Of a stretch of DNA of 64,000 nt, positions 52,865 through 64,000 are shown one piece after another. Under the pieces are notes generated by a model. It saw only the letters and a program-made list of their open reading frames with translations. It did not search any database and was not told where the DNA came from. Origin of the DNA: Octopus vulgaris (taxonomy: Eukaryota); NCBI GenBank assembly GCA_951406725.2, contig OX597829.1:18104001-18168000 (forward strand), read 5' to 3'. A program made the translations under genes and the position numbers. Every line of letters begins with the position of its first letter. Within the stretch, counting starts at the first letter, position 1.

Positions 52865-53957
52865 GCCGGGTCATAGTGCTAGTGCATGCATACACAGCTG
52901 CGTTGCTGCGCTCATACACGCGAGTACTGTCCAAATCTCTGACCAATCACATACACCTAGCTGGCATTCAATTAGCATATCAAGTTTCGGGCATTTTGAT
53001 TGGGTTTTGGATAGAAATTTCACAAAAAAGTCACTTCTATTGATCTTTTAATGGCTTTGCGGGGTGACTGGAGAAATGTAAAAGATGTGCACGACCACCC
53101 TTGGACGGTTTTGAATGACCATAGAAAGTGTGAGCCCACTAACTGAAAAATTGTGGATTTGTATAAAGAACACGCACACACACACACAAAAATTCATAGA
53201 ACATTTTAAATCAATAAACAACTATTCGCAACTAAAAGGCATCAAATCTACAAAAAACAACATCGACTGCAGATGTTACTGTCACCGCTACTGCTGTTCT
53301 TGTCGGTTAAAGTTGTTGCTAAGCATGACTTCCGTATATTAGGAAGACCCGGGTAATATGTTGTGGGGAAGTGTCTATTCCTGCAGCCTCGAGTCTTGTG
53401 AGTGGAATTAGGCTGGCAGAGACTGAGCGAAACTCCATCGGATCGAATTGTACACCGGAAGATCAAGGTGGAGCCTTGTAACACAAGCGGTGATGCTGAT
53501 TCTGCCCCTGAGGTTTACCTCAAAGAAGGTACACGTGTATACATGCGTGCGTGTATATATATATATATATATATAATATAATATAATATAATATAATATA
53601 ATATAATATAACGCCGGGTCATAATGCTAGTGCATGCATATACAGCTGCGTGCGTGCGCACATAGACGCGAGTACTGTCCAAATCTCCGACCAATCACAT
53701 ACAACTAGCTGGAATTCAATTGGCATATCAAGTTTCTGGCATTTTGATTGGGTTTTGGATAGAAAATTCACAAAAAGTCACTTCTATTGATTTTTTTAAT
53801 GGCTTTGCAGGGTGATTGGGGAAATGTAAAGATGTGCACGACCACCCTTGGACGGTTTTGAATGACCATAGAAAGTGCGAGCCCTCTAACTGAAAAATTG
53901 TGGATTTGCATAAAGGACACACACACAGACATACATTTTGCCATTTATATATATAAT
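52865..53957. mobile_element. Two direct copies (52865-53185 and 53612-53957) of a Helitron-like non-autonomous repeat
   Basis: ~320-bp diverged duplicate with GCCGGGTCAT..GCTAGT and ACAGACATAC..TTTATATATATAA terminal motifs. Confidence 0.5.
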
Positions 53958-53987
53958 CACATTATATATATAATATATATATAATAG

Positions 53988-54300
53988 TGAAGGCGCATGA
54001 CTCAGTGGCTTGAGCGTCGAGCTTACGATCGTGCGGTTGTGAGCTCGAATCCCGGACCGGGCTGTGTGTTGTGTTCTTGAGCAAGGCACTTTATTTCACG
54101 TTGTTCCAGTTCACTCAGCTGTAGAAATGAGTTGCGACGTTACAGGTGCCAAGCTGCATCAGCCTTTGCCTTGGATAACATCAGTGGTGTGGAGAGGGGA
54201 GGCCGGTATGCATGGGCGACTGCTGGTCTTCTATAAAACAACATTGTCCAGACTTGTGCTTCGTGGGGTAACTTTCTACGTGCAATCTCATGACTGAAGG
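53988..54300 (+). mobile_element. tRNA-derived SINE, B-related
   Basis: Head GTGAAGGCGCATGACTCAGTGG...GAGCTCGAATCCCGGACCGGGC. Confidence 0.7.
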
Positions 54301-54319
54301 GAAGTCTCCTATATATATA

Positions 54320-54600
54320 ATCTTTTACTTCTTTCAATCACTGGACTGCGCCCATTCTGGGGCAGTGTCTTTAACAATTTCTTAGTTGAATGTATCGAAC
54401 CCAGTACTTATTCTTTTAAATCCTGATACTTATTTTATCGGTTTCTTTGCCGAACCGCTAAGTTATTGGGACGTAAACACCAGCACCGAAATCTACTCAC
54501 TAAGGCTTTGATCGACCCGAGGCTACAGTAGAAGACACTTTCCCAAGGTAACACGCAATGTGATTGAACCAAAAATCATGTGGTTGAGAAGCACTGCTCC
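54320..54600 (-). mobile_element. SINE family A, degenerate
   Basis: Reverse-complement match. Confidence 0.7.
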
Positions 54601-54817
<217 letters not shown>

Positions 54818-55215
54818 TGTGAACTTTTATGCTTCTTTTTTCTTCTCTCTCTTCATCTCCTTATTTCTTTACTCCTGTCCTCTATGTCGTCATTTCATTA
54901 ATCTATACGCTCCTCATTTTCCCTATTCGTCTCTCTGATGACGGAATATCCCATACTCTGTTAGACTCTGAATTTTTCCACTAATAATATCATATATGAC
55001 TTGAGATGCTTGCTATGCCTTAACGTTTGTTGTCTTCTTTAACAATTATATATCCGCTGTATCGGAAATCTGCAATAGCGCCATAACTATCGTCTCGGCC
55101 TATAACCTCGGAGCCCTAGTAATCTGTTATGGCACTTACCTAGCGTACCTAATCGTTTAGATACCTGTGAACTAAACCCCCATACTTTGTTAGATAGATA
55201 GACAGACAGACAGAA

Positions 55216-55246
<31 letters not shown>

Positions 55247-55275
55247 AAGACAGACAGACAGACAGACAGATAGAC

Positions 55276-55379
<104 letters not shown>

Positions 55380-55439
55380 GGACGGACGGACGGACGGACA
55401 GATAGACAGACAGACGGACGGACGGCTAGACGGACGGCT

Positions 55440-55540
<101 letters not shown>

Positions 55541-56233
55541 TGCACATACATGTATGTGTGCATTTATGTTTATATGTACGTGGATGAGTCAAAGTAATGC
55601 AAGCAAAAATCGCATTACTGTCTGGCTCACCTTTGTACGCTTTTACATACGTATACACACATGTGGATAGACAGACAAATATACATAGATACATGAATAA
55701 TAAACAGGTTAAGAAATTTTAATGTACACTTGACAAATAACAATATTCTGCTGTTACAAGAGATGATGAAATTCATTCAAGTTTACTCAATAATCCGACC
55801 AGCAAGGGAACTCTCTACGCCGACTCTCAATATTTCAAGAGATTGCAACCAAATCACCCTTAAAATCACAACCTATCGTGTTAAAAATAGTGAAGACACA
55901 TTCAGGAATACTTCCACAATAAATACCTCAGTTCGTTCGCTCCCCGCAAAAACATTAAGAGAAAAATAAAGGGAGAAAGAAACGGAAGAGGTTTTGCCTC
56001 GTGATAAGTAACAAGTTATATCCCCCATTACTACGCAAATCAAAAGACCGGGAAGAAATGCAATTACATTCAGCATTATAATCTTAGAAATTTAAACATG
56101 TAATGTACTCCTGGTAGTTCGCTATCATAAGGAAGACAGCGTAGGAAGTTTGAAATTGGAGGCAGGGTTGGAAGTTTGAAATTTAAATCAAAAAGTAAAA
56201 CTTTATAGAATATATACATTTGATATTACTTTT

Positions 56234-56685
56234 GTATCTTTTCGGTTTGAACGGCAGTTTTTAAAAATAATTTCTAGGTAACTAAAAAATTTTAAACTTT
56301 GTATACTGGTAGAATGTGTTTATAAAACATCTTTTTCTCTTGGCTTTATTGAGAAAATTTTATAGTTTGTAAGATATTTGTTGTTTTTTTTTCTTCAATT
56401 TCTGCAATTTCAACCAATCACTGACGTATTTGAGGTAAAAAAACATTCTGTGCCGTATGAATATGTCACTCGTTTAAGAAACAGATGGGATTTATTTACA
56501 TTTCTGAAGAAAAAAAAAATACCCTTCCCCCTAACCCTAACCTTAACTAACCCTAACCCTAACCTTAACTAACCCTAACCCTAAAACAGATTGAAATGCA
56601 AAAGATCGATACTAGGGTCATAATTATGGGTGACAATTTCATATGATACCACTAGAAAAAACTGCCGTTCAAACCGAAAAGATCC
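56234..56685 (+). mobile_element. Merlin-like MITE, copy 4
   Basis: TIRs; perfect 8-bp TSD TTACTTTT; internal (CCCTAA)n. Confidence 0.88.
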
Positions 56686-57644
56686 TTACTTTTTGCTATA
56701 CATTATAAAGATCTTAAAATTTCCAATCGTTGGTAGCCATGTATAGTGCTATTTCGTCCTTATTTGGAAGCGTCTGCACGGTATAACCTGAGGCAAATAA
56801 ATTCAGCTCGGTTAAACATTCTTATAGAGGGAAAACAGTTTACAGTTTACAAAGCACATTTCAAGAAAACTTTTCATTAGAACAAATGATGGAAAGTGGA
56901 GGAAATTGCTTTAAACTAACTGGAATTTCAAGAAAATTTAGGAGTGTAATTTATGGTAATATGAATAATGAATGAACGCAGTGTAACCAGAGAACTACAT
57001 TGAAAAATCTTTAAAACGAGTCATTAAAAGTGTAACAATAAAGAACACTCACAAACAAGTCTTTAAAAATGAACCCTTGCAAAACACTAATAGCGAAGTC
57101 TTACAAACAAATCTTAAGAAAACACGCCATAAAAAAAATGTCGTAAATAAAATCATGTCACAAAATGAAATCATAAAAATGTTAATAAAGAAATCATGAA
57201 CAGAAATCTTAAAAACAAGTCTTAAAAACAAATATTCCGAACTAGTTAAAACTAGTCTTGAACGCCTTAAAAGTCAGTCGTAAAAGCATCTTTAAAAAAG
57301 CTAGTATATATACAGAAGTCTTAAAAAGTAAATATAAGAACATTATTTAAAAGAAAAAAAAAACTCATAATGATTTCATACACTGGCACAACGCAACAAT
57401 TTTTCTTTTCGGGGAGGTAGGGAGCACGTGATTTTATTGACCCTTCTGTTTTAGCAATTAACATTCATCGACCTTGAAAGAATGAAAAGTAAGATCTACC
57501 ACTGCGCTGTTCGAACACTGGACGTAAAGTAATGTAACACTATACCACAAATTCTTTTGTCCGACGTTGTCAATCAACCACATATAAACGCCTGAAGAGA
57601 ATTTTTGAAATATCTGAAAAGCAACTTTGGATAACAGAGTGTAT

Positions 57645-57797
57645 AGGCACAGGTTGTGTGGTAAGAAGCTTGCTTCACAACCATATGGTCCCGGGTTCAG
57701 ACCCACTGTGTGGCACCTTGATTAAATGTCTTATATAGCCTTTGGCCGACTAATGCCTTGTAAGTGGATTTAGGAGACGGAAACTGAAAGAAGCCCG

Positions 57798-57852
<55 letters not shown>

Positions 57853-58030
57853 ACTGGTGTGTTTACGTCCCCGTAACTTAGCGATTCGGCCAAAACCTCG
57901 ATAGAATAAGTACCAGGCTTAACAAAAAAGTACTGGGGTCGATTCGTTCGACTGAAAAAGGACTATTCAAGGTGGTGCTCCGACATGGCCGCAGTCTATT
58001 GCCTGAAACAAGTTAAAGCTAAAAGTTAAA
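57645..58030 (+). mobile_element. SINE family A
   Basis: Head, (TG)n and tail present. Confidence 0.8.
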
Positions 58031-59069
58031 AATATAAATCAAATTGTTAAAACAAGTCCAAAAACAAATCGAAAAAATAATTATATTAAAACAAGTTTTT
58101 AAAAAGTACATAAGGTAAAAGCTGGCCTTTAAAAAAATGCTTGAATCAAGTCTTAATGGACTGTCTTAAATTTTAAAAGTCATTCGCTTAATAAGTGGGG
58201 TATCTTCTCGCTTGCTCCACCTAGAAACACATTACACTGTACCGAAAAAGAAAACGAAACATTGATTGTTGTCCATCATTTGTGAACACAGCATGGCCTA
58301 ATGGTTCAGAAGATTGCTTCATAATCAGAAGGTTCTAGTTTCGACCCCACTGCTTGACATCTTAGTCAAGTATTTTCTATTGTTGCCTTAGATTGATTCG
58401 AGCCTTATGTATGAGTGTGAGAATGGGCGTAGCTGGAAAATATATTTTTATAATTCAAATTCAATTGCTGACAAGGCAACAGTATTTCGTTTTGTTACCT
58501 TAATACACCACTAGTTATAGTATAGATTTATTAAGTCAAAACTGTGTATTAACAGTGCTTTAATTTCATTTTAAGTTTATCTCTATAGATTTTTTTATAG
58601 AATTCAATGCCAGCACTGTTTGATATGACTTTCGTAAATAAATACATCTGTGTAAACAATGCAATCGAAGATAGAAAAAGAGGCATAGGTGTATATGAAT
58701 ATCTCGAAGATTATTGTCCTCTCGTCAGCACCTCATTCAACCTATCACTATCAACGAACACATTGTTGAAATACCTTCTAGTTTTAGCAGTGTAATATCA
58801 CTGGATAGACCAATTAGCATATTAAACACATCCCTGGTAACTAGACGAGGTACCGATGAGAGGACAATGCTCGAAATACCCATTATCTGTCTTCGATCGC
58901 ATTATTTACTTAGATGTATTTGTTTACGAAACGTGTAACTTACAGTGCTGACACTGAATTTTATAGAAAATCTTTAGAGATTACCCAGTAATCCAATCGT
59001 ACAGCTTTACCTGCCACAGGCACCACCCAAAGTCTACTTCAGGATTACGTTAAAAGTTTTCATGTCATT

Positions 59070-59281
59070 CTCTCTCTTTTATCTCTTTTATTTGTTTCAG
59101 TCATTCGACTGCAGCCATGCTGGAGCACCGCCTTTAATCGAGCAACTCGACCCCGGGACTTATTCTTTTGTAAGCCCAGTACTTATTTTATCGGTCTCTT
59201 TTGCCGAACTGCTAAGTAACGGGGACATAAACACACCAGCATCGGTTGTCAAGCGATGTCGGGGGGACAAACACAGACACA

Positions 59282-59348
<67 letters not shown>

Positions 59349-59505
59349 GACGGGCTTCTTTCAGTTTCCGTCTACCAAATCCACTCACAAGGTTTTGGTC
59401 AGCCCGAGGCTATAGTAGAAGACACTCGCCCAAGGTGCCACGCAGTGGGACTGAACCCAGAACCATGTGGTTGGTAAACAAGCTACTTACCACACAGCCA
59501 CTCCT
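59070..59505 (-). mobile_element. SINE family A, full length
   Basis: Reverse complement of 3169-3580. Confidence 0.9.
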
Positions 59506-59700
59506 GTCAGTGGAATATTCATTCACTTACACTCTATTTAACTTACACTCTATTCTGTTGATCGAGCCACAAAATCCTCATTGTCAAAACTAATAGGGAT
59601 CCAATTACAATTCCTCATCTCTGGAGTTCCATTTACAATTCTTCTCAAACGATGGTCAGACTGCGTTTAGGTTAAACAACAATGACAACAACAACGGCAA

Positions 59701-60095
59701 GTGGAGGCGCAATGGCCCGATGGTTAGGGCAGCGGACTCGCTGTCGAAGGACCGCAGTTTCGATTCCCAGACCGGGCGTTGTGTGTGTTTATTGAGCGAA
59801 AACACCTAAAGCTCCACGAGGCTCCGGCAGGGGGTGGTGGCGACCCCTGTTGTACTCTTTCGTTCCAAATTTCTCTCTCACTCTTTCTTCCTGTTTCTTG
59901 TCCCCGACTTCCTGCGCAACCGCTGAGCCTGGATGCGCATTCATCCATCCGTCGATGCTCTCGGTGTCGGGGGTTGATCTGCTTTCTCTTCTGCGGGTCT
60001 TACGAATAGCAAAGGACCACGTTTCGGACTTCTCCCACTACAGACAATCCTGAGACGCGATCTTGCGAGCTCTGGGACGAAGACCGCTTCGCTCA
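59701..60095 (+). mobile_element. SINE family B
   Basis: tRNA head at 59701; CAACAG-repeat tail; ~30 nt longer near the 3' end than the other copies. Confidence 0.88.
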
Positions 60096-60589
60096 ACAGC
60101 AACAGCAACATCAGCAGGAACAGCAACAGCAACAGCAGCAACAACGGCAATTGTTATTTGAGGTAGGCATCTATGTGGTCATTCGAGTATCTAGAAATAC
60201 CAACCACATTTCAATCAGATCACACCCTGCTCATTAAAGGGGGACGGAATGGTCTCACTTCAACGCCTTTGCTTCGATAAAGAGATGACTTGGGGCTAAA
60301 CACCATCAGCAACACCAGCAGCAGCAGTATCTCTGTATTGTATTTACTTGCACTCCTTTTTTGCCATAGTGATACTACCTGCCTATTGACGATGCATATC
60401 CATTACAAACCCTTGCTGCGATAACAGTGTGTCTGTTAATGACACACATCGCTGGGTGTAACGTTAACAATAGCAACTACATGGCCTTACTACTCCCAGT
60501 GATTTCACTGAATGTTGTTACCTGATATCTCCGATCCCACCTCCGTCACACTTGTAAATTTAGGTTAAGGAAATTACAAGGCTATAGGA

Positions 60590-61020
60590 TAAGAAGAAAA
60601 TCATAACTTAGTTCAAAAGCTATAATAAAGAAAAAAAAATGCTTTCTAATCGATGTATCGATAGCAACAGATGACAACGTTTCTCTAAAAGGAAAGGAGA
60701 AACTTTCAAAATACAATTATCTGGAATTAGAGGTAACTCGAATGTGGAGTCTAAAAACAAAAAACAATTCCTATCATTGTAGGTGCTTTAGGTATAATAA
60801 AAGAAAATATTCAGACAAATACATAACAAAAACACCAGGACTAACAAGTATATATAACATACATATAATAGCACTACTAGGTACCGCACACATCCTACGT
60901 AAAACACTTTCAACACAGTAAAAATAAGAACACCGCAACAAACCACAACACATATCCAATGAACGCAGATCTGCGCTCGGTTATGCAGTGAAAGCACGTG
61001 ATAAAAATAAGACTACTGAA
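60590..61020 (+). mobile_element. R4/Dong-clade non-LTR element, 3' end
   Basis: RLE C-terminus MWSLKT..IPIIVGALG...IALLGTAHILRKTL; ends in (TAA)n. Confidence 0.75.
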
Positions 61021-61030
61021 TAATAATAAT

Positions 61031-61076
<46 letters not shown>

Positions 61077-61119
61077 AATGATGATGATGATGATGATGAT
61101 GATGATGTTGATAATGATT

Positions 61120-61290
61120 TCAAATTTTGGCTCAAGGGCAGCAATTTTGTCAACTGGTGCTTATTTTATCGACCCGAAAGGATAAAGGCAAAGTCGACCT
61201 CGACGGAACTTGACCTCGGGACGTAAAGACGGATGAAATTCCGCAAAGCATTTTGCCCGGCGTGCTAACGTTTCTGCCAGCTCGCCGCCT
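61120..61290 (-). mobile_element. SINE family C-related
   Basis: Head GGCGGCGAGCTGGCAGAAACGTTAGCACGCCGGGC. Confidence 0.8.
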
Positions 61291-61319
61291 TAATAATGAT
61301 AATAACAACATTGTTATTA

Positions 61320-61375
<56 letters not shown>

Positions 61376-61390
61376 GTTGTTGTTGTTGTT

Positions 61391-61465
<75 letters not shown>

Positions 61466-61466
<1 letters not shown>

Positions 61467-61975
61467 CTCTGATGCAGTACCAGGCAGTGGCTCTCATGGC
61501 TTCTGATCTTAACTGATTAGAAGTGTTATCATGTACATTGTTTTGTTTAGGTAGAATAGATGGGCAACAGCAAATATTCTGCTCAATACCACAGATTTGC
61601 TTGTCAGTTGTTTGACCTTAACCAGTTGAGCATGTCCCTTAGTGGCTGACGACATGTGCATGTGTTGAGAGGAATTCTTTGGGGTTTGGATAATTCACCT
61701 TTGGAAACATGGGTGTTTTGTTCATCCTTTAACAAACCTTATTCAGAGACCTTTTTGAGTGTGATGGGTTACGCGACCTGAAGAAAATTCTAACAGGTTC
61801 CACCGGCAGGGTCATGTGCAGTTTATCTTGATATAAGGTCGATATGTCCTGCACATATGGTTGTGATGCATGTGCCTGGTGTACCCTTATCAAACAGGAA
61901 GTCATGATGGGTATGCTGGGCTTCGTATCTTTGTGCCCCAATGTCACTTTGATGGCATGCATTACTCTCTCACTC
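61466..61975. mobile_element. ~510-bp non-coding insertion in (TAA)n
   Basis: Complex-sequence block with sharp boundaries, flanked on both sides by long (TAA)n. Confidence 0.5.
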
Positions 61976-61979
61976 AATA

Positions 61980-62124
<145 letters not shown>

Positions 62125-62395
62125 TTAGACTTGTCTGTCGAAGACGATGTATGAACACAAATGTTTTGTTTATAGTGGTCAAATGCTCGCGCTGCATATC
62201 AGCCCTTCTCCCCATCAAATCGACGTTGTCTGAACAGGCGCACAGTGTGCCACGGGTCAGGTGTTGAAGTGATCGCAGGTCGATACGAGATGAATTGTTT
62301 TGCTCCAGAATACAACACATTATTACCCGGACTAGGAATTGAAATCACGATCTAGCGATGTTGGGTGCAACACCCGAACCGTCAGGCCATGCATC
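62125..62395 (-). mobile_element. Degenerate tRNA-derived SINE
   Basis: Minus-strand head GGATGCATGGCCTGACGGTTCGGG...GATTTCAATTCCTAGTCCGGG. Confidence 0.6.
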
Positions 62396-62818
62396 CTTAG
62401 AAGAAGAAGAAGAAGAAGAAGAAGAAGAAGAAGAAGAAGAAGAAGAAGAAGAAGAAGAAGAAGAAGAAGAAGAAGAAGAAGAAGAAGAAGAAGAAGAAGA
62501 AGAAGAAGAAGAAGAAGAAGAAGAAGAAGAAGAAGAAGAAGAAGAGAATTGAATGATGAACTGCGATATATAATAAAACACATTGACTGTCTATTGAACT
62601 GAGCAATATTTCGACAGAACGCCTGTCTTTTTCAGATTCAAAATAGAACGAAGAATACTTAAAAATGCCATTCAAAATTTCGACTATTCTGCATTACATC
62701 ACACATAAAAAAATCATCAAAATATTTAGGATCCTACACTAAATGTCTTAATTCAATTGGGAAATATTCGTAACCCTGTCTTCTTCGCTCAATTGTCTCC
62801 TCCCTCTGACTATTTGCT

Positions 62819-63741
62819 CAATTGTAGCAGTAGAGAGATATTTTTCTAATATTTCTCAATTCAGTCGAAAGTTAAGAAACAAATATTCACAAAACAGTGT
62901 ACATTTTCATTCAGAGTCTCTTTTATTTGGAGCTGTATGTTTTTGCATTAAATAGTGAAAGAAATAACTTTAAATCCTTCGTTTTCTTTAATATTCGAGA
63001 ATTGAACTTTTTCATGCTCTCATTACCTTTCCCGTAGTTATTTTCGCTATTGGAATTTGATACATCCTGGTCAAGGTTCACCACATGGCATGTTTTTTAC
63101 ATTTTTGTTTACTGCAACCTACTATCCTACAAATTAAGAATCGCAGACAACTAAAAATGAAGGTAATGCCGCTTATGAAAATGGTGAAATGTTTTCCTTT
63201 TCCTTGGAGTGTTAAAAAATCTATTATGTTACGTCAAACTTTTTGTTAACTAATACTAAAACACATTTTTAGAAACGTTTTAATTTTGTCATTATTTTTC
63301 ACAAAGTTGATTTTATAGCAAAGCCGCCGTTCATTTCAAATATTTTTTCAAGTTTGACTTGGTCTGTCTTTAAGTCACTCTTTTATGTCACCCTGTTGTG
63401 TTACTTCGTCATGTTACTTCTTTATTATGATACTCGAGGGACACTTAAACTTGTGAAAGTGATACGCACCATTGTACATCCAGAGTAGAAGTAGCTAAAA
63501 AATTAGTGTTCTAAATCGTGAAATAAGGAGTTGATAATTGTTTTGCTAACTATAATATTTTAATATTTTTTTCAATTGTAGCAGTAGAGATATTTTTCTA
63601 TATTTTTCAATTCAGTCGAAAGGTAAGAAACAAATATTCACAAAACAGTGTATAGTTTCATTCAGAGTCTCTTTTATTTGGACCTGTATATTTTTGCGTT
63701 AAATAGTGAAAGAAATAACTTTAAATCCTTCGTTTTCTTTC
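62819..63741 (+). repeat. ~170-bp direct repeat pair (62819-62989 and 63573-63741)
   Basis: CAATTGTAGCAGTAGAGA...AAATCCTTCGTTTTCTTT is duplicated with few mismatches. Confidence 0.85.
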
Positions 63742-63927
63742 ATAGAAAGCAAAAATACAACGATTCATTTTCAAAATGCTGGCCACTAATTTAGGTGTGT
63801 AGTTTTGTGTGGGTAGCACCAGATATCCCGCTAGTATTTATTACTCTATCAGTTAATATCTATCCATATATGCAGGTGTTTGTATGTATATACATGAATG
63901 CGAATCTGTACGCATGCGCATACAGAC

Positions 63928-63992
<65 letters not shown>

Positions 63993-64000
63993 TATATATA

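Noticed and set aside
54931-55080. CTGATGA ... GAAA as a hammerhead with a long stem II
   Set aside because: Stems I and III could not be formed convincingly; at best a decayed relic.
56529-56584. True telomere or chromosome fusion site
   Set aside because: Short, degenerate, and at the same internal position in every MITE copy.
59701-59777. tRNA gene (also the heads of other SINEs)
   Set aside because: Imperfect cloverleaf continuous with the SINE body.

Overview
Eukaryotic, AT-rich, microsatellite-saturated DNA with no recognisable host gene. The SINE families resemble those of octopus/cephalopods (recalled similarity, not searched). Almost all long ORFs in the track are microsatellite artefacts. 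The window holds a near full-length Penelope-like element (PLE; RT + GIY-YIG, ~1.05 kb pseudo-LTRs) inserted in the (TA)n of a SINE, plus fragments of Tx1/L1, RTE, R4/Dong and APE-type LINEs. It also has two mariner relics, four Merlin-like MITEs, a 5S rRNA copy and three abundant SINE families. The highlight is a 340-bp tandem repeat (44697-46509) carrying a type I hammerhead ribozyme (HHR) with a compensatory U3:A8 core, i.e. a candidate retrozyme. An ORF1-only Tx1-like element has inserted into the ribozyme stem; its 17-bp target duplication rebuilds the ribozyme, leaving an ORF1-bearing cassette between two self-cleavage sites. Several other HHR-like variants sit ~20-140 nt upstream of element ends that abut (TA)n tracts. 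All folding was done by eye and no ribozyme activity is shown.
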